The notes under the pieces were generated by a model, which saw only the letters and a list, made by a program, of their open reading frames with translations, was not told the DNA's origin and searched no databases. From the sequence record NC_061446.1: a DNA stretch of 64,000 nt; one strand, written 5' to 3'. Both the position numbers and the translations under genes were made by a program. Positions 29,443 through 38,454 of this stretch are shown here, piece by piece. The stretch's first letter is position 1, and the number at the start of each line of letters is the position of its first letter.

Positions 29443-30249
29443 TTAGAAGCTGTGACCTTTGATGATAGCAGCAATCTTGCCGAAGTATTCCGGGCTGTAG
29501 CGGAACATCTTGGCATAGTAGTCCAGCAGCTTGTTAACGTCAACGCCAGCAGCGGCAGACACTGAATCAACCTGCGGGAAGTGTTTCTCGTCCAGCTCGT
29601 CGCCAGACAGAACAGCTACCATGCTCATGGAAGTGATCTGCTCTTCCTGACCCTGATCGTCAACAACGATGAAGCTGTTGTCGTCAGTTACGTTAGCGGC
29701 AACGAAGCCAACTTTCAACGCACCGGAGTTAGACACGAAGCTAACCATGTCACCACCAACAACGCTGGACAGTTCCAGATTGTGGCGAGCAACGGCCTGA
29801 GCCAGAGTAGGCATAGACGCCTGCAGGTTGACGGTAGCCGCACCAGACACAGAACGAATCATGTCGATCAGTTCAGAGTTGTCGTTCGCGTTGCTTTCGC
29901 GTACCAGAACGTCTTCACCGCTTTCGCTACGACGTACTGCCCACATGCGCTCGGACTTGTCCATGTACATGTTTTTCGACAGTGCCTGGAACTCGTCACC
30001 CATCTGCGACACAGGGATAACGTCCTGCATACGGCTGAGGATGGTACGAACGAAGCTGGTGGTTTTACCCTGCTCGATCATAGAAGACGCACCTTCAACA
30101 GGCATGTATTCACGATTGCAGGAAGCGCTTACGATGGCGCCGAAGTTGTCCGCGATGTTCTCGCCGACGTTGTGAGTTACTTGCACGATGGCCACGCTCT
30201 GAGTGTCGTTGAGCTGGTCAATCTGTTTGATGAAAGCCTTCATTGTCAT
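29443..30249 (-). CDS. Putative virion (head) structural protein
   Basis: 268 aa, AGGAG RBS, CTAATTT motif upstream, terminator downstream; internal RSVSG and DSVSA. Confidence 0.6.
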   Translation of the reverse strand: MTMKAFIKQIDQLNDTQSVAIVQVTHNVGENIADNFGAIVSASCNREYMPVEGASSMIEQGKTTSFVRTILSRMQDVIPVSQMGDEFQALSKNMYMDKSERMWAVRRSESGEDVLVRESNANDNSELIDMIRSVSGAATVNLQASMPTLAQAVARHNLELSSVVGGDMVSFVSNSGALKVGFVAANVTDDNSFIVVDDQGQEEQITSMSMVAVLSGDELDEKHFPQVDSVSAAAGVDVNKLLDYYAKMFRYSPEYFGKIAAIIKGHSF

Positions 30250-30272
30250 CTCCTGAATGTTTCGACAATATG

Positions 30273-30279
30273 AAATTAG
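30273..30279 (-). promoter_or_regulatory. Class 2 motif CTAATTT
   Basis: Intergenic, upstream of 30249. Confidence 0.55.
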
Positions 30280-30291
30280 TAAACTTAGGGT

Positions 30292-31455
30292 TTAGCCTGT
30301 CACGCGATACCGCGCATTGACCCAGATACTGCGGTTACCAACAGTAGCCCATTTGGTTGTTGGGCTGTTTGTGATGCCGAGCTTGCCAAGTGCGCGAGCA
30401 CCGTCAATCGCACCAGAACCCTGAGAACCATCACCGTCGTTGATTCCGGCCTTAGACAGTTTGTTCTTCAAGTTCGTAACAGGACCTTGAATCTGCGTTT
30501 CGAGTCTACCTAAAGCAGCTTCGATAGAAGGTGTTCGGTCCATGTTTAAGTTGACGACTTGCCCCGTAAAGTCGAAAGCCATTTGCCCTTCTGCCTGCAA
30601 TTGAGCAGCGAGCGCATAGTAGCAACTACAGGTAATCCAGCCATCTAAGATTGTACCTTGCATGTTCGTGCCGCTAAAGCCAGTAACACGCGGGCCAATC
30701 ATGTTGAACAGCGCAAGACCACGATAGAGATAACCAATCAGGTCAGCTTGCGTGTACTCCAGTTCAGGAATAACGTTGTGCTGACGTGCTTTGTTGATGT
30801 GGTCTTCCACCAGAGATGCAGCAATAAGAACCTGAGGCGTCACTGCCCAGAGCTTATATGTCAACATCTTGGTTGTCTTGCGTGAGGCAGAGGTGTAGTG
30901 CGCGATTAAACTAATCGGCTCAAGGCGACGAGTAGCAACCCACACAGGCACCTGAAACACGCAGGTCTTTGCACGGTTCACAATCATCTTCACACCCGCA
31001 TCGCCGGAGTCGATATCGGATGCAACGATTTGGTTATTGAGTGCGAGCTGGAATCTCAGCTTATCGCCACGAGTATCGAAGTGGAACGGCAACGTCAGTT
31101 CAAACGTTTCGTTATCACCGAACAGCGTAACGATATCCGTAACACGGTTCTCAGTCAGTGGCTCAACAATGAGTTCCTGACTCGACTGCATGATCCCTTC
31201 TTCGGAATCATAACGCCATTTGACTGTCAGACGTTTATCGTCCACCAGCCCCATGTTAGGAATCGCAACATCAGCAGTCCAATAGCCAGGAACTTCTCCC
31301 GGCGTTGCGACTACTTGAGCCAGCACCGATTTATCGTCAGGGTCAATGAGGCTTACGACAGGCCCCATATCGTCTGACTGCGGATAAACGGGCTGATCTA
31401 GATCATCGAAGAAACTCTCCTCGAGGACCAGTACGTTACCTTCTGTTGTGCGCAT
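30292..31455 (-). CDS. Putative neck/adaptor structural protein
   Basis: Start probably ATG 31455, one nt after the upstream TGA. Ig-like N-terminal half and helical C-terminal half (ADLIGYLYRGLALFN); function is inferred. Confidence 0.5.
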   Translation of the reverse strand: MRTTEGNVLVLEESFFDDLDQPVYPQSDDMGPVVSLIDPDDKSVLAQVVATPGEVPGYWTADVAIPNMGLVDDKRLTVKWRYDSEEGIMQSSQELIVEPLTENRVTDIVTLFGDNETFELTLPFHFDTRGDKLRFQLALNNQIVASDIDSGDAGVKMIVNRAKTCVFQVPVWVATRRLEPISLIAHYTSASRKTTKMLTYKLWAVTPQVLIAASLVEDHINKARQHNVIPELEYTQADLIGYLYRGLALFNMIGPRVTGFSGTNMQGTILDGWITCSCYYALAAQLQAEGQMAFDFTGQVVNLNMDRTPSIEAALGRLETQIQGPVTNLKNKLSKAGINDGDGSQGSGAIDGARALGKLGITNSPTTKWATVGNRSIWVNARYRVTG

Positions 31456-31456
31456 A

Positions 31457-32563
31457 TCAGTCTGCCTTAGTGAGTCCCAGATACTCAATCAGATTGCGTA
31501 GCTGGTCGTTATACCCACCTTCGATTAGCGCTCGCGCCATTGCGACGTGGTTCGAGTTAATCGTCCGCACCACTTTAGCCTGATACTCAGGAACGTTCTG
31601 CATGTTCTGGCTCAGGTTGTAGAAGTAACTACGAACGAAGTTGGTTCGTTCCACGTTGCTCGCTTCCATATCGCTTGTGTCCTGCGTAGGAGTCAGCAGC
31701 AGGTAGAGCGCAGCAAGTAGTTCAGGACTCTGGTCAACGATAGGCGATACCAACGACGCAGCAATCTTCGTCAGTCCTTTCGCAACAAAATCAACCACAG
31801 TCTTCTCGATGAACGCTGTACCTGCTTTACCTACGTTTGGCAAATACAAGCCAGGCAGGATGTAGATGCAGAAGTAAAGCGGAAAGTCTTTGCGCATCAC
31901 GTCAGAGATAAGCATCTCCGAGTAGTCTTTCCAGATGTTAACGTTGAAGTGCCATTCATCGTAAGGCACTGTACGCATCAGGTTCGACACTGACAGGTCT
32001 TTCACTTGGTTAGCCTGCGACGCAAGATCGCGAGCACTCTGCGAAGGACCAAGGTTCGAACTTGATACCAGCTGGACGTAGTTGCGTGTAACAGCACCAA
32101 CAGTGTTGTACACAACGTTCAGCATTTCAACACCATTACCGTTCAGCGCAAAGATAACCGAACGAGGAAGACCGATAGTGATGTACTCGTTATTATTGTC
32201 AACGCCCCACAAGCGCCAGTAACGCCCGCGACCGAGTTGAGTCATCGGCTGCGGGAGAATACGGTTAGCGCGAGGTTTCAGGCAGAACGTGAAGCAGATA
32301 CCGCTGTCAATCATGATCACTGAATCATCAGGACGATTCGAATAACCCATCGACATATCGTTATCCGTCGAGTACACGTTCACCAGAGTGAAGTTCAGCG
32401 ACTTGGTGAAAGGCATCTGAGCTTCAATCAAATAGGCGAGGACTTGACGAATGATAGTATCGAGCACATAAGGAGAAGCGCTACGCATTTGTTGTGGCCG
32501 ATACTGACCACCATACGTATTCTCCTTGAATGTGCGATCTACCTTGAAATGCGTTAACGCCAT
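31457..32563 (-). CDS. Hypothetical protein
   Basis: 368-aa ORF coupled to the upstream gene (TAATG). Confidence 0.7.
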   Translation of the reverse strand: MALTHFKVDRTFKENTYGGQYRPQQMRSASPYVLDTIIRQVLAYLIEAQMPFTKSLNFTLVNVYSTDNDMSMGYSNRPDDSVIMIDSGICFTFCLKPRANRILPQPMTQLGRGRYWRLWGVDNNNEYITIGLPRSVIFALNGNGVEMLNVVYNTVGAVTRNYVQLVSSSNLGPSQSARDLASQANQVKDLSVSNLMRTVPYDEWHFNVNIWKDYSEMLISDVMRKDFPLYFCIYILPGLYLPNVGKAGTAFIEKTVVDFVAKGLTKIAASLVSPIVDQSPELLAALYLLLTPTQDTSDMEASNVERTNFVRSYFYNLSQNMQNVPEYQAKVVRTINSNHVAMARALIEGGYNDQLRNLIEYLGLTKAD

Positions 32564-33846
32564 TACTTGACCGACTGTTTCAGCAGGCGTTTCTGTTGCG
32601 GATTCAGGCCCATAACATCTGCAATCTCGTCGATCTTACGCAGAGTCAGAACGCCCTTAGCAGTACCACCAGAACCGGTCAGAGAGATCTTAACGAACTC
32701 ACGACCGTTACGGCCGCTGACCATCTGATGCACAACGCTGTTCTTACCACCACGTCCTGCACGGAGCGCAGTAGATGCCATGCCCAGGATTTCAGTAACA
32801 GCTTCTTTCTTCTCGGTCGGGCTGAGGCCAGGAACGAGACGCACATACAGGCTGTCGTTCTGGACACGCACGTTGTCGAAGATTTCTTTCTTACGACCAC
32901 GAATGGTATGCTGTTGCAGACCCAGCGTAGTGGTGTCACGCAGGTTCTGAGTAGAACGGTTGATTGGCTTACGCTCGCTGTAGTTCAGGAAGCCGTCGAG
33001 AGCCATCAGGTGGTTGATGGTACGCTTCATTTCAGGAGCAGTAGCAATCTGACGACCCATCGGGAAGCTACCCGGAACCTTCTCGTCAACGATTGACGTC
33101 AGGAAGTTTTCGCTGATGCCGTTAGCAACCGCGATCGTGGTAGACAGTACCAGAGCATAGTTCGGGTAGTGCATACCGTCAGAGTTCACGAAGTTGTCGA
33201 TGAACACGTAGGTCTGGAAGCAGATCGGGTCAGTACCGGACGCGATGAAAGTACGAGTACGAATCTTCGAATAGTCTTCTTTATTCAGAATCTTCGACAG
33301 GTAGTTGGCGATGGTAGCAGCCAGCTTAGTGTGTTCTTTCGGCGCGCCGTTTTTAACGTCGATGCTCATGAGCTTAACCAGTTTGGTCTGCTGGTCTTTC
33401 GCCTGAGTAATAACGTTGAGCAGAGACTTAGCGGCTGCGTTCTGATCTTTGAATGCGCTGAAAGTCTTGCTGTTCAGAATCTGGTAGGCAACGGACAGTT
33501 CACCAATTGCCTGAGACAGTTGGCTTACCTGCTGGTTGTATTGAGCTTTGCTCTTAACGTCAGAAATATCGATCTTAGACAGGTCGATAACTTGGTTCAG
33601 GTCAATCGCTTTTGCCTGTTTGCCTTTGATTGAGCCTTCGATATCGGAGAGTTCGATGGCCTTAGCGCTGACGGACAGGAGTTTCTGCGGGATTTTAACT
33701 GACGTGGCGTTTGCGATAACTTTATCGAGTACGTTACGGAACTCTTTCGCTGTGCGGGCACCACGTAGGGCAGTCATGTTCCCAGAGCTATAGTCAACAG
33801 ATGCGCTGATACTGCTAACTTCATTGTTTTTGGCAGTCTTAGCCAT
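32563..33846 (-). CDS. Putative virion protein with N-terminal SSISA
   Basis: About 427 aa, GAGG RBS (ATG 33852 is an alternative start), CTAATTT motif upstream. Confidence 0.65.
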   Translation of the reverse strand: MAKTAKNNEVSSISASVDYSSGNMTALRGARTAKEFRNVLDKVIANATSVKIPQKLLSVSAKAIELSDIEGSIKGKQAKAIDLNQVIDLSKIDISDVKSKAQYNQQVSQLSQAIGELSVAYQILNSKTFSAFKDQNAAAKSLLNVITQAKDQQTKLVKLMSIDVKNGAPKEHTKLAATIANYLSKILNKEDYSKIRTRTFIASGTDPICFQTYVFIDNFVNSDGMHYPNYALVLSTTIAVANGISENFLTSIVDEKVPGSFPMGRQIATAPEMKRTINHLMALDGFLNYSERKPINRSTQNLRDTTTLGLQQHTIRGRKKEIFDNVRVQNDSLYVRLVPGLSPTEKKEAVTEILGMASTALRAGRGGKNSVVHQMVSGRNGREFVKISLTGSGGTAKGVLTLRKIDEIADVMGLNPQQKRLLKQSVK

Positions 33847-33884
33847 GATCATCCTCTACTGGGTCTAGTAATCATATCGAATAA

Positions 33885-33891
33885 AAATTAG
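33885..33891 (-). promoter_or_regulatory. Class 2 motif CTAATTT
   Basis: Intergenic, upstream of 33846. Confidence 0.55.
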
Positions 33892-33959
33892 CGACTCAGG
33901 CGTGTTTTGTCCGATATAGTGTTCGCACTGACTTTACAAATTTTGGTCGCTATAAACGC

Positions 33960-33992
33960 AAAAAGGGGCAGCCGAAGCCACCCCTTTTTTTT
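33960..33992. terminator. Intrinsic terminator after the H1-like gene, T-runs on both sides
   Basis: AAAAAGGGGCAGCCGAAGCCACCCCTTTTTTTT. Confidence 0.8.
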
Positions 33993-34023
33993 GTTTCGAG
34001 TAATGTCTTATCGACCAGGCCGA

Positions 34024-34701
34024 TTAAACAGTTACTTTACCTTTTGCTTTGGTCTTTGCTGCTTTTTTCGCGCCGGCTTTCTGAGCTGCGGTACCTTTGT
34101 GATGTACCTGCTTCTGGGTAGTTTCTTTACCCTTTTTCAGACGCGGCAGCGGTTTCAGCTTCGGCTTAACCAGAGTTACTGCTTTCGGAGCGACTTTCGG
34201 CGTTACCAGTTTGCCGTCTTTGATCATCGGCTTACGAGCTTTACGCGCGGCCAGACGAGCTTTCTGCTTCGCAACCAGGTTGCGGTAGCCGGCTTTCTGT
34301 TTGGCTTTCAGGTTGCTCAGAGCGATGGTCTGACGTTTCAGCAGCAGCTTACGTACCGCGCCCTGAGAGCTTGCGGTAGTTTTCAGGCCGGCCTGATATT
34401 TAGCCAGACGCTCTTTCAGACGCTGTTCGATAGACTTCGCTTTGCCTTTAGCTTTCTGCTTACGCAGGTGCGTGGCGCGCTCGTTGTCGAACTTTTTGTC
34501 CGCAGTGGTTTTCTTCGCAGCAGGCTTTTTAGCTTTAGCAGCTTTCGGAGCCTTTGCAGCTTTAGGTGCTTTCGCAGCCTTAGGCGCTTTGGTGGTTTTC
34601 GCCTTTTTGGTACCAGTAGCTTTGGTAGCTTTCGCTTTCTTAGCTTTGGAACCGCCTTTAACCGGATCGGTCGGAGATGCAAGTTTGCGTTTTACGGCCA
34701 T
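34024..34701 (-). CDS. Histone H1-like Lys/Ala-rich DNA-binding protein
   Basis: KAPKAAKAPKAAKAPKAAKAKKPAAKK repeats; very basic 225-aa ORF with its own promoter motif and terminator. Confidence 0.75.
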   Translation of the reverse strand: MAVKRKLASPTDPVKGGSKAKKAKATKATGTKKAKTTKAPKAAKAPKAAKAPKAAKAKKPAAKKTTADKKFDNERATHLRKQKAKGKAKSIEQRLKERLAKYQAGLKTTASSQGAVRKLLLKRQTIALSNLKAKQKAGYRNLVAKQKARLAARKARKPMIKDGKLVTPKVAPKAVTLVKPKLKPLPRLKKGKETTQKQVHHKGTAAQKAGAKKAAKTKAKGKVTV

Positions 34702-34768
34702 GATTATATCCTCAAGTTACAATTGAACTTTCGTCCTGTGGACATTAAGTTTTGAAATCAGCATGTAA

Positions 34769-34775
34769 AAATTAG
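34769..34775 (-). promoter_or_regulatory. Class 2 motif CTAATTT
   Basis: Intergenic, upstream of the H1-like gene. Confidence 0.5.
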
Positions 34776-34817
34776 TATATTCCCTAATACTTTCGTCAGG
34801 AATTTTCCTAAATCTTT

Positions 34818-35891
34818 TTACATAGCAGCATACCCTATTTCAGATAACACCGCGTTAAGTTCCTTGCGAGCACGGATGCGCAAGGACTTTTTAATCCCAG
34901 AAGCCTTCAGGTAATCCTTTAGGCCATCTCGTGGGTCAATGTCCGCAAGCGCCAGCTCACTAACATCAACTGTATCTATATTATCGAGATCGACACGTTT
35001 ATTCGTGGAATTTATTTGGGAAATGTTTGGGACGCGAGTACGGATATCTGCTGGGATCGACACGGTATCTTTAACAACAAGACGGTAGCGAATCGCAGGG
35101 TTTACTTCCAGACGTGACCAGTCTTTCTGATTTTCAATTGCAACTGTTTCCAATCTAAACCCAGGCTTGCTGTCAACAAACTTCTGTTGTACCACCAGCT
35201 CACCCTTCTTATACTGCACACGGATATGAATGAATCCTTTCGGCAGTGCTTCGCCAAACGTTTTCTGGTACGGTGACCCGCAGTAAGTGAAACGTTTCTT
35301 TTCCAGAACCTGATGCAGGTGGATGTGTCCGCTGATTGTATAATCGCGCGGGTCTACTTTGATATCCTTCTTTGTTTTAAGAGGACGTCCGTTATCGCCA
35401 AGCGCACCTACAGCTTCAACGTGGCAGAAGTTGAGGCAAGGCTTCTTATGCTTGATGCTTTCTTTCGCTGGGTGTGGCAGGAAGTTAACAACGATACCAT
35501 CAATCTCAACCTGCTTTGGTCGGAGATAGATATGCAGCGACTTGAGGAAGTCCCATTCGCAGAACGTCTTAATCAAGTCCATGCTGGTGCTCGACATATC
35601 GGCCCAGTCGTGGTTGCCGCCGCAGTACCACGTTTCGATAACGCCTTCGTATTTGAGGAAGAACTGGAGCAGCTTGCGCTTTGTTTCGTCATCCATTTTA
35701 AACTTGTCGGTTATGTCGCCCGGAACAAAGATGTGTCGAATGCCGTGCTCTACAGCGTACTGATAAATACGGTCGATCGTTTCAAGCTGACGGTCAACGT
35801 GATCAGTAGGGAAATGATTAGCAAGCCCTTCGAAGTGCCAGTCAGCGGTCACCAGAGCCTCTAACATCTCAGATACTTTTTTCTTTTTCAT
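34818..35891 (-). CDS. sbcD: SbcD/Mre11-like metallophosphoesterase nuclease
   Basis: TADWH, PGDITD, GGNHD, CH and SGHIH...YCGSP motifs; start moved to ATG 35891 (MKKKKVSEML). Confidence 0.88.
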   Translation of the reverse strand: MKKKKVSEMLEALVTADWHFEGLANHFPTDHVDRQLETIDRIYQYAVEHGIRHIFVPGDITDKFKMDDETKRKLLQFFLKYEGVIETWYCGGNHDWADMSSTSMDLIKTFCEWDFLKSLHIYLRPKQVEIDGIVVNFLPHPAKESIKHKKPCLNFCHVEAVGALGDNGRPLKTKKDIKVDPRDYTISGHIHLHQVLEKKRFTYCGSPYQKTFGEALPKGFIHIRVQYKKGELVVQQKFVDSKPGFRLETVAIENQKDWSRLEVNPAIRYRLVVKDTVSIPADIRTRVPNISQINSTNKRVDLDNIDTVDVSELALADIDPRDGLKDYLKASGIKKSLRIRARKELNAVLSEIGYAAM

Positions 35892-35920
35892 CAATACAAT
35901 CCACGAGTTTCTTTGACTGC

Positions 35921-35929
35921 TATTTACAG
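35921..35929 (-). promoter_or_regulatory. Class 1 motif CTGTAAATA
   Basis: Exact copy upstream of sbcD. Confidence 0.65.
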
Positions 35930-35944
35930 AATATGGTAGGTAAA

Positions 35945-36454
35945 TTAGGAGCGCCTGTTGAAGTTCAGCCAGTCTTTCCACCAATACGTAACGGGCTTGT
36001 TTTGCTTGAGTGCGTAGTCAATACAGTTCTGCGTACCGGAGGGTGCACCACAACACAATGAGATCAGGCGATCAGTTTCATCAACCATATAGTGATTGCG
36101 CTTGTTGAGTGCGAACCCAGCTTGACCGTCCATGTGAAGCCAGTCTTCTTTTGATGTAACTATTCTTACTTCGTGGCTTTTATTAAGAAGACCATCAAGT
36201 TCAATCACGCTACTGATTGGCCAGCGAGCATTGAACCCAGGATAAGGTAGACAGGAAACAACTTTATGTCCTTGGTCGATAGCAGCAGTCGCTACAGCCA
36301 TATCAAAGCCAAGAGCGCACCCGACGTAGATGATTGCATCGTCGTCCAGTGCGAGTAATCTGCGATGTGCGAAAGTATACAGGCGATCTTTTGCCTTAGG
36401 GCTGAATCCACCCAACGATTGTGGGCGATGACCAGTGAAGGATATCTTTTCCAT
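35945..36454 (-). CDS. SLOG-superfamily protein (YspA/DUF1273-like)
   Basis: ISFTGHRPQSLGG, GCALGFDMAVA, KRNHYMVD and SGTQNCIDYA motifs. Confidence 0.8.
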   Translation of the reverse strand: MEKISFTGHRPQSLGGFSPKAKDRLYTFAHRRLLALDDDAIIYVGCALGFDMAVATAAIDQGHKVVSCLPYPGFNARWPISSVIELDGLLNKSHEVRIVTSKEDWLHMDGQAGFALNKRNHYMVDETDRLISLCCGAPSGTQNCIDYALKQNKPVTYWWKDWLNFNRRS

Positions 36455-36460
36455 ACAGGG

Positions 36461-36469
36461 TATTTACAG
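36461..36469 (-). promoter_or_regulatory. Class 1 motif CTGTAAATA
   Basis: Exact copy 6 nt upstream of the SLOG gene ATG. Confidence 0.6.
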
Positions 36470-36493
36470 AAGCACGTCCATGTGCCGATACAA

Positions 36494-36859
36494 TTAGACC
36501 GTTACTTCTAGGTCATGATCGCCTGAGTTCCATACGAGTTCACGAATGTTTCGTGGCATGATGATGCAGCCAGAAGAGGCGGTACCAGGAGCCTTGATGC
36601 TGTCACCGTGCATCTGAAATGCAGAGCGACCGAACATCTCGTTCTCTTTTGCAGGAGTCAGATCCATAGCATACGGTCCTGTCTTCTGACTGGTACGAGG
36701 AGCATTCAGCGTGTAGTGACCTACAGGCAAGGGACCCATTCCCACGATGTTCTGACTGTCGTGTTTGTTCTTGTGTTCACCTTTACCTGCATATCCTGTA
36801 GCAATTAGTTTACCTGCCGAGTTATACAGACGGCCTGTTGTTTGTTCATACTTCCACAT
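36494..36859 (-). CDS. Tlde1/DUF2778-like L,D-transpeptidase-fold protein
   Basis: GYAGKG, GPLPVGHY and GRSAFQMHGD...SSGCI with His and Cys retained. Confidence 0.8.
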   Translation of the reverse strand: MWKYEQTTGRLYNSAGKLIATGYAGKGEHKNKHDSQNIVGMGPLPVGHYTLNAPRTSQKTGPYAMDLTPAKENEMFGRSAFQMHGDSIKAPGTASSGCIIMPRNIRELVWNSGDHDLEVTV

Positions 36860-36868
36860 AGAGACTCC

Positions 36869-37720
36869 TCAGATGTGTATGGTGGATTGTTTTAGTTGCA
36901 CATAAGGACGTGTACCTGGCTTCAGGTCTGCATCCACTTCGAAATCAACACCTTTAAGCAAACGCATAAAGACATTATCTGCCATGACCATAACAGCATG
37001 ACTCAGATTGATGGCCTCATTCTCAGCAGTGAGATTCTCCCCAGTAGCTCTATACTGGACAGGCCCCAAATTTTGATATGGCCTGTGTGTTCCGTTCTGT
37101 GCAGCACTGTTTGGATAAGTCCACATTGACAGGCAATCAACAAACAAAACAGAATCAGTCACGTCAGAAAATACAGGTGAGATATCTAAGATACCACCGG
37201 CGGGTCTGTTAGTGATCGGTATACTTTTTGTCGATAGCGTGGCGCCGTCCGAATACAGACCACGAACAGAATAACTTCTACCTAGATATGTACCGCTGTC
37301 CTCTGCTTTCCATGTAGGATATAAGATTGCTTCCACATCTCCCGGGTTCAGCACAGACACACGATTCTGCAAGGCCTGATAAGAGTACGCAGTAGGACCT
37401 TGTCTGTACTCGTCACCACCATTAGAAACATGATGGTGTATAATACCTACGTTTGATGAAGCAGTAGATATAGTGGGAGGTGCTGCATACTGGCTCTCAC
37501 CGTTTTTCGCGTACTTCAAGAAGGTGAGATAGTAGTTGTCGCCGACACGACCACGCACAGGGTTGAGTTGATTGTTAGTACCTAAGACCGTACGCGCTTG
37601 ACGCAACGTATCGTCGATGGTGTCTAAGGTAAATTCAGGAAGGTCGTCTTGATCATCAAAGAACATGACTGCGGGATGCACTGCTTCATTCAGCGCTGCG
37701 AAACTGGATAAATATTGCAT
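36869..37720 (-). CDS. Hypothetical protein, paralog of 41146-41988
   Basis: Shares MQY(L/I)SSF, LNPVRGR...LKY and C-terminal PGTRP. Confidence 0.75.
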   Translation of the reverse strand: MQYLSSFAALNEAVHPAVMFFDDQDDLPEFTLDTIDDTLRQARTVLGTNNQLNPVRGRVGDNYYLTFLKYAKNGESQYAAPPTISTASSNVGIIHHHVSNGGDEYRQGPTAYSYQALQNRVSVLNPGDVEAILYPTWKAEDSGTYLGRSYSVRGLYSDGATLSTKSIPITNRPAGGILDISPVFSDVTDSVLFVDCLSMWTYPNSAAQNGTHRPYQNLGPVQYRATGENLTAENEAINLSHAVMVMADNVFMRLLKGVDFEVDADLKPGTRPYVQLKQSTIHI

Positions 37721-37763
37721 GTTATATACCTTGGTTTTTTATTGATGTACCACGGCATAGCAC

Positions 37764-37796
37764 AAAAGGGCCTACACCTTTCGATGCAAGCCCTTT
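37764..37796 (-). terminator. Probable terminator
   Basis: AAAGGGC...GCCCTTT stem plus T-run. Confidence 0.6.
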
Positions 37797-37801
37797 GGGT
37801 G

Positions 37802-37939
37802 TCAGACTATGACTGTCTTGATCACATTACGGTTCTTCTTTGGGTCGAACCATACTTCTTCAATAATCTTGCCCATGCCGAAGTTGATCATCTGCACCGT
37901 ACGACGACGCACAAGCAACAGACGTTTTGACTGGAACAT
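37802..37939 (-). CDS. Small 45-aa protein (not in the ORF track)
   Basis: MFQSKRLLLVRRRTVQMINFGMGKIIEEVWFDPKKNRNVIKTVIV; TAAGGAG RBS; terminator immediately downstream. Confidence 0.6.
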   Translation of the reverse strand: MFQSKRLLLVRRRTVQMINFGMGKIIEEVWFDPKKNRNVIKTVIV

Positions 37940-37941
37940 GA

Positions 37942-38451
37942 TTACTCCTTAATCATCTTGACGCGTGTGTGATCAAAGATGCCGAAGGTAGGCACATCGT
38001 GGTGCTCACCCTCATTACCTTTAATCGAGTCATACCCAGCAAGTTTGAGTATCTTGCTGATCTCGGTATACTCGTCCCACCACATATAAACCCTTTTGTG
38101 CTGCGATGAAGGGATTAGGTTGTTGAGCGCGTCTAATCGTTTGACAAGAGTTATCGCCTCATCTTTGCCGACCAAATGCAACTGGAAGGCTTCCATGATA
38201 AGTTGTTTAACCCTTCTATAAATCTCAGCGAACTTTACTTCCGTCCACAGAGAACGGAACTTCAAGGTAGCATAGCGACCAGGGTCCGCATGAAATTTGT
38301 AGAGGCGCCCACCTTCTGCATACAGTTCAGCATACGCACGATCTGGAGTTACCCAAGTCATGTGCTGCTTCTTCGCATGATCGTCAGACCAGTCTTCTGC
38401 AAGACCGCGATAGTAGATTGTGGGCGCACTCAAGCTAACAAAGATCTGCAA
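37942..38451 (-). CDS. Putative ADP-ribosyltransferase-fold protein
   Basis: YYRG, TWVTPDRAYAELYA and LKLAGYDSI...TFGIFD resemble ART-PolyVal-like domains. Confidence 0.5.
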   Translation of the reverse strand: MQIFVSLSAPTIYYRGLAEDWSDDHAKKQHMTWVTPDRAYAELYAEGGRLYKFHADPGRYATLKFRSLWTEVKFAEIYRRVKQLIMEAFQLHLVGKDEAITLVKRLDALNNLIPSSQHKRVYMWWDEYTEISKILKLAGYDSIKGNEGEHHDVPTFGIFDHTRVKMIKE

Positions 38452-38454
38452 CGG

